A DNA stretch of 64,000 nt from Octopus vulgaris (Eukaryota): positions 178,188,001 to 178,252,000 of the forward strand of contig OX597816.1 in assembly GCA_951406725.2 (NCBI GenBank), in the 5' to 3' direction. A program made the translations under genes and the position numbers. The notes below the pieces were generated by a model. The model worked only from the letters and a program-made list of their open reading frames with translations, made no database searches and was not told the origin of the DNA. Shown here in pieces: positions 42,526 to 55,858 of the stretch (the stretch's first letter is position 1; each line of letters opens with the position of its first letter).

Positions 42526-42683
42526 CAGGACCAGTCATAAGGTTGCTGGCGCCCCGGGCAAGCTGAACTCCGGCGTGTATAAGCTGACGGTCGTGTAAAT
42601 TTCCTTGTCTTTGTCATGCTCTCCTAAGTGCCCCCCCCCCTAGCACATGGCGCCCCAGGCGACTGCCCGATTTGCCGGTCCTG
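42526..42683. mobile_element. hAT-like MITE
   Basis: TIR CAGGACCRG/CCGGTCCTG with a degenerate 8-bp TSD. Confidence 0.55.
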
Positions 42684-42736
42684 ACTAAACGTAAAAAATA
42701 AAAGTCGATTGATACTTTTTCGCGTATTATCTAGTG

Positions 42737-42987
42737 CAGTGGTTCTCACGCACTAGATTGCATGAACCCTCGGGGACCCAAATAAGATTTTGTCGTTAAA
42801 ATTTATATGCAATAAATTAGTTATACTTCTACAATACACAAAATATTTAAAAAAATTTTTATACAATTTCTAATATCTAATTATAAAAATATAATAGGGT
42901 TTTTATACATCGAATAATTATTAGGGTCCAGCCGAGTAAAAGAGGAATCAAAGGATTTCATAGGTAAAAAATGTTTGAGAACCATTG
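42737..42987. mobile_element. hAT (Charlie-like) MITE
   Basis: TIR CAGTGGTTCTCA/TGAGAACCATTG with 8-bp TSD ATCTAGTG/ATCTGGTG. Confidence 0.8.
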
Positions 42988-43174
42988 ATCTGGTGTCACT
43001 CTAATTGTAAATACCTAAAATTTTAAAAAATTTCAACGGTGGCAATATAGTCTTACCTTTTTCAGGCATTATCTAATATGCACTTTTTAAAGTTTGAGGG
43101 TGTGGTATAAGGGTGATATGGTTACTATTTCTAGCAGATCGAGCGTTCACGCAGAGACTGTCGTTTATTTAATA

Positions 43175-43559
43175 CTAGCAGTATCGCCCGGCGTTACTCG
43201 GGTTTGTAAGGGAAATAACTATAAAGCATTTTTAGAGAGTTATAGCCAAAAAATAGCAAAAAAATGGGGAAAAAAATTATGGTAAATTTTTTTAGATAGT
43301 TAAAAAGGTCGAGTTGCGTCCCCTAGACCATCTGTGGTTTGTGTTTCTGATTGTCGACCCCATGTCGAATTTATTGATCTTTTTCAGAACTGGGGGAACT
43401 TTTCAAAATTTTCGCTGCGTTAGTTTTGAATTATGACATTGGGCTATGTGTGTGTCAAGTTTCATCAGAATCAGTTGAAAGCCGTGGTCAGGGTGAGGGT
43501 ACAAGCAAACAGACACACAGAAACACACACAGACAAACTGCCGTTTATATAGAGAGAGA
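43175..43559 (-). mobile_element. Non-autonomous Helitron (type B)
   Basis: Closely matches the reverse complement of 27509-27883. Confidence 0.88.
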
Positions 43560-44589
43560 TACAGTCGAGAAAAATAGTGTCATGTAATTCAACGTAATTT
43601 ATTGTTTAGAGTAGTCCCAATGATTTTGTAGTACGATAGAAAGTTATTTCTTAGTTCAAAGCTTATATTTAATCGAATATTTAAATTTTACAGTAGCTCT
43701 CCGTCTACTTATTTTTCCTGTAGCACAGCTTATAGAAAGTAATATTGTCTTGGTGCCTCACAAATGTAACTGAAGTGAAATACATAAGCTGAGAAAACTA
43801 ACATGTGTAGCTTTGAAGATAAATCAATAGATAAGAACAAACGTAATTACAAAAGCGAGGATTTAAAGAAACGTTTAACTAACTCTAGCTGAAACAATAA
43901 TTCTACAATTTTTTTTTAATCTAGATAATCATATCTAGAGTAAAGAGAAACTATTGGTCAGGTGAATAACATTTTAACTTCTCTCAAATATTGTCAGTTA
44001 ATAAACCATCAAAGAAGACGTAGTGTACGCATGCACAAAGCATCCGATGCTTTCTGTTTTATTTATCTGATGAGATAACATATAAGTGAACCTGCAGGTG
44101 GTAAATTCCTAAATGCGGCGACCAACGGGCCGCAGATCTGATGACTTTTAGTAGTTTTTAGTAGTGATATTAACTACTTCCCGTTTAGTTTCCGATTTAA
44201 AATTCTTATAAAAATATTCTCCTTTTTACCTTCCATAGTTGATCATTTTCTTCTTTTATTTTGAATAAAGAGAGTATTTTAAATTTTCCATTTGCATAAA
44301 TGTCTAGATGTCCACTGAATATAACATTTTTAAGAGATGATTTTTTTCATTTGTTGCTTATGTACCCTAATTTGATCTTTTAATTTTGATCCCGTGGGAA
44401 GTACTGCTGATTTTAAGCGTCGCAATAGGGCTCATTTGAATTCTTTTATTTAACTTAAAATATAAATTCACAACAACGCTAGCCAAATATATACACGAAC
44501 TTAAGCTAAAGAATATACAATATTCATTATCTTAGTTTATAATAGCAGAAGTCCTTCCGTATGATACAATAACGCGTGTATGTAAACCA

Positions 44590-45100
44590 TGTATTAAAGA
44601 ATCTATAAATATTCTCCGTCGATATAACTCTACATTATTGAATAAGTTCTCGGGTGCTATGTACTCTTGTAACCATAGAGACCATTCAACATTTAAGCAT
44701 TTTGATTAATCTGGATAGATTGAGCATTAAACTCTGTAATTAGTTACATTCCACTTAATATTTATACTCGCACCTTCCTCCTAGTGAATAATTACTTGCT
44801 TATAATCTACCATATTTTCTACATTTACTTCCCAGCATACTTCCCAGCTATAATATTTCCTCTTCCTGCTAACACGTATAGCACTTTATAAAACCAAACA
44901 TCCGTTTACTCATTATGACAATATATGAGATGTTAATCCTTAACTAATACATTCTCCATGGTGTTTATTTTCTTTTATTCCTTTCTGCTGAAGAGCGTCG
45001 GCTCGAAACGTAAAAGACTCTCTCACTTTCCCGAGCATCAAACTAGTACACCTGCTTTTTGTTCATACACCTTTCTTCGTCTTTTGATTTTCTGTAAATT
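44590..45100 (+). mobile_element. Penelope-like element 3' end
   Basis: KESINILRRYNSTLLNK-like endonuclease end, followed by a hammerhead at 44981-45016. Confidence 0.6.
44981..45016 (+). ncRNA. Minimal hammerhead ribozyme (core variant CUGCUGA)
   Basis: CUUU-CUGCUGA-AGAGC-GUCG-GCUC-GAAAC-GUA-AAAG. Confidence 0.6.
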
Positions 45101-45303
45101 TCATATACATACATACATACATACATACATACACACATACATACATACATACATACATACATACATACATACATACATACATACATACATACATACATGC
45201 ATGCATGCATACATACATACATACATACATACATACATACATACATACATACATACATACATACATACATACGCACATACATACATACAGACATACATAC
45301 ATA

Positions 45304-45514
45304 CAGGAGAGAGTGCTGAACAGTTCCTGGCTTTAAGGGTATCGCGAAAGGCTTGGTTGGAGGCTCAACCTTCCGAGTTCTTTTACAGGAATTAGAAAAA
45401 CTGAAGAACCGTTGCAATAACTGTGTGAATTTGAAAGGGAAATAAAATGATAATTAACTGATACTCCTGTATTTTCGTTAACCAAACCCAGGAACTTTTA
45501 AGCACCCCCTTGTG
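45304..45514 (+). mobile_element. Mariner-derived MITE
   Basis: TIR GTGCTGAA.AGTTCCTGG / CCAGGAACTTTTAAGCAC, TA flanks, and a mariner C-terminal remnant (EFFYR...). Confidence 0.75.
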
Positions 45515-45516
45515 TA

Positions 45517-45590
<74 letters not shown>

Positions 45591-45890
45591 ACTTACATCG
45601 ACCATGAGCAAGTTATTAAGTGGTTAAAATAGTAATTTAAGAAATCATCAGTTTATTAATCTACGCTACATCTTCGAAAGCATAATTAAAAAATTTCTTT
45701 AGAACTTGATTTATTAAAAAATGTATGGTTATGTATGTATGTATGTATGTATGTATGTATGTATGTATGTATGTATGTATGCACAAAATTTTAAGAAACT
45801 GCTTGTATCACACTGTTAAAATCGATAGGTAATTATTTCGATGAGTACCACATGGTATAATTATACGAGAAGGAGGAGAAGGAGGAGGAG

Positions 45891-46165
45891 GCATGTCAGA
45901 AACTCCTAAACAACATCTCAGGAGAACCATGTATCAGAGAAATCCAAAAGATTATGCTGACAAGTACTGCCCACATCCTTAGAAAAACCCTATCAATTTA
46001 AATGTCTGTGTTGTATTACTGTGAGATATTTCACTACTTCTCCCTGCCACTCCCACTCCCCCAAGCTTTCAGTCTTACTGTAACATCTCTTATCCTTCGT
46101 TGGCCCAAGGGCGTTGGGTGTGCTTCGGCAAGTGATTGCAATAAACATGCAGATTAAAAGTAAAC
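45891..46165 (+). mobile_element. Dong/R4 3' end fragment followed by (CAA)/(TAA)n
   Basis: CIREIQKIMLTSTAHILRKTLSI*, homologous to the end of ORF 49838-50650. Confidence 0.8.
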
Positions 46166-46616
<451 letters not shown>

Positions 46617-46639
46617 AATTTTTTTCTGTCAATGCCAGG

Positions 46640-49390
46640 GTAGTGAGGTGAGCGCTCATTACTTATAAAATGTCCCTGTGGCCTGCGCAAGACAGTCAAG
46701 CCCGACTCCTCCGCCAAATCAACAGGAGAAGTCTGAGAAACAGCAAGTATCTGGCGCCTTCAAATAACCAGTGCTCCGGATAGGTTGTACTCGCTAGTCT
46801 TAGATGGCAAGCAGCCTAGGAGAAGGACCACTCTGAGTTCAAAACCAGGGGAACCCTGCTGCCTTGGCGACTACCTTGATGGAGATGATGAGACCGGTTA
46901 GTAGTAACTTAAAAACACACCCCATTTGTGAGAGAAAATGCCAAGCAAAAAAGTTGACGATAGCAGTATGAACGGGACTGGAACCGATAGTGAAGGTGCC
47001 GCACCCAGCAGGTGTCCCACTGTGCCGCAGAGTGGGCTCGGTCGTAATCCAGCCACTGCTAGCCATGCTACAAGACATAAGTGGAGTAAACAAGTATGTG
47101 TTACTTCCGGAGCATCCCAGTGAATGCGAATGGCATGCCTGCCAGAAGGCACAGAAAACGAATGCACATCGCATGGAAGGCAATGGATCTGTTTGAAATT
47201 ACTAAACAGAGATAATGTGACCAAGCAGGAGCAATTTGAAAAAATAGATGATTAACAGAATTGAAGCTAAACGCTACTAAAAGAAGGATGTTGGGTGTCG
47301 CTGGGCATGCGAGAAACGAAAGTAGTTTATTGGAAGAGAGAGACAATTGTTCGCAAGAATATACAACCGAGAATTGTGAAAGAATTGAGATCAGTGACTA
47401 TTCAAACAATGAAGATCGATTAATATGGATCTATTAAATGCAGAAGGAACAGAATTTATGTGCGACTTTAAGAAGGCTAACCAATGGAGACTAAATCAAG
47501 AGACGAGTGAATTCAATAATGTATTGAGACACATTGAAACAAAGAACATCACACAAACAAATAATCTTTTCAAGGCTGCAAGTAGGATTGTGGCGGGAAG
47601 GGATGATATTGAGAACGACTGGGAACAGAACAGCGAGGAAAATTTCAGAAGATATAAACTCCTTGAACAATGTTGTGTCAATACTTGTCAGGAAAAGAAA
47701 TGGAGAACTTGGGAAATGGAAATGGAAATTCGAAAAAGTTAGGAAGAAGTATGGTGTAGATACAAAAGACCTAAAGGAATTGAAGAACTGAAGTAGCGCA
47801 TACTTGCAAAAAAAGCAAAGCTAACAAGGTTTGAACAACGGATTAAGCAATACCGGCAAAACAAAAAAGATTTATCAAGAGATTACTGATGATAAAAAAA
47901 ACGTGAAACATTAGTCCCTGATGTTGATGAAAGTCGACTTTTCTGAGGCAAGATATGGAGTAAGCAAGAACAGAATAATACTACAGATGAATGGCTCTGC
48001 AGCCTGAAGCAAACAGCTTCTTATCCCCAGTAAGAGGCTAACCACTTCACAGAAGACAGTATCAGAAATATGAATAAAAAGATAAGCAACTGGAAAGCAG
48101 CAGGACCTGACGGTGTACAGGAATTTGGGATAAAAAATTTCAGTAGTTGCCCAAATTGATTGCTGAACAATTTAATGGAGAGGAAGAAATCCCGGGCTGG
48201 TTAACAAAAGAACGAACGGTGTTGTGCCTGAAGGATGCACCAAAGGGAAATGCTGCTGATGATTACAGACCAATTTTTTGCATCCGAATAATGTGAAAGT
48301 TGCTGTCAGGAGGAATTTCAGAAGAACTGTACCAATTTTTTAATCAGAACGATATATTACCCACGGAACAAGAAGGCTGTAGAAGGATATGCAGATGCAC
48401 CAAAGATCAATTATTGATAGACAAGATAGTAAGATTGTAAACGAATGAGACCGCATTTGGAAATGGTCTAGATTGACTATCGAAAAGCTTATGATATGAT
48501 TCCACATTTGTGCTTAGATCTGTTTGGAATAATTGTGAGGAATGTAACGTGTTTCCTGAAGAGATGTATTGTAGGGTGGAAAAGTGAACTGACATCTTAC
48601 GGGAAAAGCTTGGGCACCCTGGGTATCAGAAGGGGGATTTTCCAGGGTGATAGCTTATCTCTGTTGCTTTTTGTTCTCTGCATGGTACCCCTGACCTTGG
48701 TACTTAGGAAAATGAACTTGGAGTACCAACTAAAAAGAAAATCCAAAATGGATGATTTGAAACTGTATGAAATGGGTTCTCTATAAAAATGTCAAGCGCC
48801 GAAGGTAGTGGGTAGGGAAAGAAGAAACACTCGCACCCCAGGCTAAAGAAGATCTTCACCCACGTAAGGTGTTGTTATGTTTGGTGGGATATGAAAGGTT
48901 TAGTCCACTTTGAACTTTTAAACCCAAACCAAACGATAACAAGGAGGAGACAAAATTCAAAACAGAAACAAACTATTCTGATACACTGACCTCAGATGAC
49001 ATTATAGCAGAAATGGTCAAAGAGACAAAAAAATAACATGAAAGCAGATTTACAAAACATACTAAAGAAGAAATGGAGAGAAAAATGACTCCATGGCCAA
49101 TACAATGGAAGGCTTGACAGAGAAGAAGTGAACCTAAATAAAAGCCAACAATGGCTCAAAAGCGCTGGACTAAAAGCTGACTCGGAAAGACTAATTCTTG
49201 CTGCACAAGACCAATGTTTGACGACGAACAACTATGAAAGCAACATAATGAAAACAGACCCTAAACCAAATGCAGAATGTGAACCAGCACAATGAGACAG
49301 CTGACCAAATCATCTCTGGCTGTCCAGTCCTTGTGGCAAATCTGAATATATTGATACAGATACGACCAAGTAAGTAGTTATATCCACTGA
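46640..49390 (+). mobile_element. Degenerate near-full-length Dong/R4 LINE with an internal deletion
   Basis: 5' leader, N-terminal ORF remnants, NWKAAGPDGV, DQLLIDK, GIFQGDSLS, MDDLKLY, WLKSAGLKADSERLILAAQDQCL. Confidence 0.85.
48768..48943 (+). mobile_element. Mariner transposase internal fragment without TIRs
   Basis: WVLYKNVKRRR*WV...LHPRKVLL..WWDMKGLVHFELLNPNQTIT. Confidence 0.85.
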
Positions 49391-49401
49391 ACAACAACAA
49401 C

Positions 49402-50887
<1,486 letters not shown>

Positions 50888-50893
50888 TAATAA

Positions 50894-50973
<80 letters not shown>

Positions 50974-51365
50974 GAAAGACAATGCTAGGACAAAGGTTTG
51001 TGAGAATTGACATAAAAACGTGTAAGCAATAAAATAATAACATTTCCCCAAGGTTGGTACTTATTCTATCGATCTCTTTTTGCCGAGCCGCTAAGGTTCT
51101 TTAGACAATAATAAGCAACGAATAGGCAGTGTCATTTGAGCAGCAGACGAAATGCGAAGCGCGATACTTATACCGGAGTCTAGCGTTTTAAGTACCCCTG
51201 AAATCACCTTCGCCTTTCTTCTTTACTAGGTCGATAAATAAAGTACCTATCCAGGTGGGATAGAATGTTGGCATCCTTAAAGCAGTCTCTCGGAATGTTT
51301 TAACGATTACGATATGAATTCTAGCTCTTCCCTTGAGTGGCATAGCGAATTTTATAAAATTTTCG

Positions 51366-52880
51366 GGTGGCGAGCTAGCAAAATCGTTAGCACACCGCAC
51401 AAAATGCTTAGCGACATCTCCTCTGTATTTACGTTCAGAGTTCAAATTCTGCTGAGGCTGATTTTGCCTTTCGTCTTTTAGAGGTCGGTAAAATAAGTAC
51501 CAGTTGAATACTGAGGTCGATTTATTCGAAATTGCTGGCTTTGTGCCAAAATTTGATGGCAATATTAGTTCTAGATCTTCCCACTCTGATTTCCAGTCGC
51601 GACCACCACCTTGCCCTTGGGTGCCTTTAGTACTGTCCACTCTGTTATCTTCCCTGCTAATAGTCCAGGAGGTTGTGTAAAGGATTATGGGCACGACGCT
51701 TCCCTCCTGCCTAAAATGATTTTTAAAAATGCTATGACCTAAAGATGAGGATTTTAGGCAGGAGAAATTTTACAACTTAGTTCTCGAGATTTACTTCCCT
51801 TGCATTAGGAAATTGATTTACCAACCTGAAGAAATTTCTAAAACTGATTTCAAATTTTGGCACAAGGCCAACAATTTTAGGAAAGGAGTTGATCGGCCCC
51901 CAATGTTCAACAGATACTTATTTTATTGACCCATGAAGGATGAAAGGTAAAGTCAACCTTGGCGGAATTTGAATTCAGAAGGTGAATACGGACGAAATGC
52001 CGCTAAGCATTTGGTCCGGTGTGCTTAACGATTCTGCTTGATCGTCCCCTCATAAGTTTCTAATAGTGGTTTCAAATTTTGGTACAAGGCCAGCAGGTTC
52101 GGAGATGAGGGCTAGTCGGTTACAGCGCTGGACGGAGGAACCGGTTAAGTTGCTGGGAGTTTAGCAGGGTGGCTGCAGTAGCTAGACCTGGTCTTGGCGG
52201 TGGCTATCCCTGAAAGGGAGGGCGGAGGTGGCCAATGTGTTTATTGCAACGGTCATTACCCACCGCCTGACCGTCGTGCCCTGTCCGAATTCGTGGTTGA
52301 TCAGGTTGGAGAGACAGCTCTTTCGCTTTTTGTGGAAGGGCAGGTCGCCACTTGTGAAACGCTCTGTCTGCTGTCAAAAGCTTTTAAAGGGAGGTTTAGG
52401 GATGCCTTGGTTAATGATGCGCCGACACGCGTTGAGGTTGAGGCACCTCACGGGTGTGGTCTCCGCTGGTCAGACAAATGTTCCTCGAGTTCAAAAGGTT
52501 TTGCGAACAGGAAGCCTGGTACTTATTTTATCGACCCCAAAAAGATGAAAGGCAAAGTCGACCCTGGTAGCATTTGAACTTAGAACGCAAAGACGAAGGA
52601 AATGTCTCTAAGTGTGCAAACGATTCGTCAGCTTGTTGCCTGATAAATTTCTAATATTAACTGGTCGATTAGGGCGGCGAGCTGGCAGAATCGTTAGAAT
52701 TCCAGGAGAAATGCTAAGCGGTATTTCATCCGTCTTCAAGTTCTGAGTTCAGACTCCGACGAGATCGATCTTGCCTTTCAGAGTTCGATAAAATAAAACA
52801 CCAATTGACCATTGGAGACGGCGTAAAGAACTTACCCCTTCCTCGAAATTGCTAGCCTTGTGCTTAATGTAAAATGAAAG
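51366..52880. mobile_element. Cluster of Meta-domain SINEs (51366-51557 +, 51845-52050 -, 52070-52640 -, 52673-52880 +)
   Basis: Each matches the head and Meta domain of 4614-4833 but has the alternative GGCCTTGTGCCAAAATTTGAAA-type tail. Confidence 0.8.
52125..52520 (+). mobile_element. Tx1 internal fragment embedded in a SINE
   Basis: Near-identical to 57308-57770, with two internal deletions. Confidence 0.9.
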
Positions 52881-52973
52881 TTTAAAAAATATTAACAAGC
52901 CGAATGCAGCCTTAAATAAGAATAACGTCACTGTAAAATTTTCCAAGAAATGTGTTATAAAATATTTCACACA

Positions 52974-53574
52974 TCTTTATATATAAAAGTGAGGTTGTGT
53001 GCGGTCTGTCTCCTACGATTTAGATTCCTAACTACTCCCACATTTTGCGGTGCAGTTTAACCAAAACCGGGTATCTTATAGTCGTGATTCATATCGAGCC
53101 CTTCTGGGTATTAGCGCGCGTCTACGATGAGTCTACGATTTTAAAAAAAATTTACCCTCATTTTTTTCCATTTTAATGCATTTTTTCGCTATTATATAAG
53201 AGAAGTAACTCTCTAAAAATGTCTACGATGAGTCTACGATTTTAAAAATAGTTTACCATCATTTTTTTCCATTTTAATGCATTTTTTCGCTATTATATAA
53301 GGGAAGTAACTCTCTAAAAATGTCTACGATGAGTCAACGATTTTTTAAAAAATTTACCATCATTTTTTTTCCATTTTAATGCATTTTTTCGCTATTATAT
53401 AAGGGAAGTAACTCTCTAAAAATGTCTACGATGAGTCAACGATTTAAAAAAAATTTACCCTCATTTTTTTCCATTTTAATGCATTTTTTCGCTATTTTTT
53501 GGCTATAACTCTCTAAAAATGCTTATATAGTTATTTCCCTTACAAACCCGAGCAACGCCGGGCGATACTGCTAG
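52974..53574 (+). mobile_element. Non-autonomous Helitron (type A) with ~101-bp internal tandem repeats
   Basis: A|TC...CTAG|T. Repeat units start at 53120, 53221, 53322 and 53424. Confidence 0.9.
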
Positions 53575-53797
53575 TAGCAAATAAACTTCTTTATGTAACG
53601 TCGTCATAAACATCTTTCTGTAATTCGGAGTGGTCAGACGGTTTATAGAAATGGAAACAACAGACTTTGTATTGAAAAGAACTTATTCAAAAAGAAGTTA
53701 TTCTGTTTAACTGTACCAAGTGCGTCGCTTTCAGTTTTACGTTTATTTTACAGAAAGTACTTGACTGAAATTCACTGGCAATGAATACAATACAGAT

Positions 53798-54180
53798 GAA
53801 GCACTCCGTCGGTTACGACGACGAGGGTTCCGGTTGATCCGAATCAACAGAACAGCCTGCTCGTGAAATTAATGTGTAAGTGGCTGAGCACTCCACAGAC
53901 ACGTGTACCCTTAACGTAGTTCTTGGGGATATTCAGCGTGACACAGAGAGTGACAAGGCCGGCCCTTTGAAATACAGGTACAACAGAAACAGGAAGTAAG
54001 AGTGAGAGAAAGTTGTGGTGAAAGAGTACAGCAGGGATCACCACCATCCCCTGCCGGAGCCTCGTGGAGCTTTTAGGTGTTTTCGCTCAATAAACACTCA
54101 CAACGCCCGGTCTGGGAATCGAAACCGCGATCCTACGACCGCGAGTCCGCTGCCCTAACCACTGGGCCATTGCGCCTCCA
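53798..54180 (-). mobile_element. tRNA-derived SINE, third family (Octopus OR1-like)
   Basis: tRNA-like head TGGAGGCGCAATGGCCCAGTGGTTAGG...GGTTTCGATTCC, with TSD (CA)ATACAGAT. Confidence 0.85.
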
Positions 54181-54529
54181 ATACAGATAAATACATTTAG
54201 ATTTATAAGCAACATATTAAATTCGAAAGGTTCGTACTTGGGACAAAAATAAAATGAAATAAACAAATATTTACAATTTCTAATGGGTGTGGTGTGTGTG
54301 AGTGTGCGCGCGCGCGTGTGTGTGTGTGTGTGTGTGTGTGCGTGCGCGCGCGCTCGAGGCTATAGTTGAAGACACATGTCCAAAGGTGCTACGAAGTGGG
54401 ACTGAACACGGAATCGTGTGGTTGAGAAGTCTGTGCCTAGAGAGAGAGACAGACAGACACACACACACACACACACACACACAGACGTGGCTGGGTGGTA
54501 AGAAGCTTGCTTCCCAATTACAAGGTCGC

Positions 54530-55185
54530 AGATCAGTTCAGACCGTTTGCAAGCATGATGCGGAGTGAACGCAGATCTGTTGTTAGCAACAGCATCAAAA
54601 CAAGGGAAGCAGAGAGAAGAGAGCTTCATTTGATCCGATGTGTTCATCAAGGTCAGATGACGAGATGTGAAGAACATGTTGTTGAGAGGAAGATAAGTTG
54701 GGATGAGATGTGGAAGTGGATGACATCTCGGCTGAGTTTCCTGATTCGTTCATCTTATGATGTTTTGCCATCACCTACGAATCTAGTAAGATGGAACGTC
54801 TCAGAGAATGACATCTGCAAATGTAGAAGGGTCGGTACACTGAAACATATTCTTTCCAACTGTTCACTAGCATTGAACGGGTTTACATGGAGACATAACT
54901 TGGTCGTTAAGGTTATCTTCAATGCTATAAAGAACCAAATTCATCTCAACAACACTGAGAAAAAAACCGTTAAAAGTACCATCTAGAGATTTCGTTACCT
55001 TCGTGCGACCAGGTCAGCAGATCCGTTTCAAGAAGAAAATCAAGAAACTTCCTGTAAGAGATGAAAAGTGGGGGGGTGACTGCAGATTTATCTGGGTGCC
55101 AAGGATTCTTTCCCATCCCAATTACGAAAAAAACCCCAGATATTTTGATGTGGTGTGAAAGAAGGAAAGTTGTAAATATAGTCGA
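54530..55185 (+). mobile_element. HERO-clade (RLE) LINE 3' fragment
   Basis: QGQMT...RKISWDEMW...SFLIRSSYDVLPSPTNL.RW...TLKHILSNC..AL..FTWRHN and KTPDILMW. Confidence 0.8.
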
Positions 55186-55186
55186 T

Positions 55187-55858
55187 GATTTTTTATTAAC
55201 CATAAAAGGTCTTACATAGAGGGGACACTACAACACATTGGGGACACAAAACATCAAAAAAAATTATCGTATGATAAAATGAGAGAAAGGGTGAAAATGA
55301 GAGATGAGAGTGATGCTAACGGCCCCATCCGCTAGCATCACTTACCTGTCCTTCCTCCTTAAACCAGAATGAAATGCATATAGTCCTTCAGTTTAGAATT
55401 AATTTCCCTTTCCATTTCAGACGATCTTTCCTCTCCAATTTTATATCTAACCAGTTTATAGCTTCTCCTTGCACGTTCTTCCCCAAGTTCCTTTACAAGG
55501 TCTTCCGGAATTACCGCATACATTACCCCCACCCTGCCCCAACAGTCATTCCATTTTACTTTCCCCCAGTCTTTTATTATTTCCCGTACTTCTTCATGGT
55601 CCCAAATACCAAGAATATTGGGCCTAGGATTTTTAGAGTTATCTTGTGTGTTTGCATCTTTTTTTGTTTTCTCGTTGGTGGGGAGCGGGTGGGTTCACTG
55701 CCTGCAAGGGAAGGGTGGGCCTCAGAGGGTGCGGGTGGTGTTGGGGGTGGATTGGGGTTCAGCACGATTCACTTTTCTCCTTCTCCTTTTCCTCCTTCTT
55801 CTGCCGTTTTCCCATTCTTTTGGTACTTCCTCCTCTTCCGTTGTATTCTGCTCCGTTA
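55187..55858 (-). mobile_element. Putative HAL1-like (ORF1-only) Tx1 derivative, 3' part
   Basis: Low-complexity charged and Pro-rich ORF remnant ending ...EMEREINSKLKD*, a short UTR, and a Tx1-type tail GTCCCCTCTATGT...AATAAAAAA. No RT. Confidence 0.45.

Noticed and set aside
46685-46730. Twister-like AGTCAAGCCCG motif
   Set aside because: Lacks the UAA cleavage strand and the pseudoknot pairings of twister.
51704-51764. 14-bp inverted repeat with a 33-bp spacer
   Set aside because: No TSD or second copy in the window, so it cannot be classified.
53120-53520. Regularly spaced repeats resembling a CRISPR array
   Set aside because: The intervening sequences are also repeated, the array lies inside a Helitron, the context is eukaryotic and there are no cas genes.
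54105-54180. tRNA-like sequence on the minus strand
   Set aside because: It is the head of a SINE with body and TSD, and the acceptor stem is incomplete.
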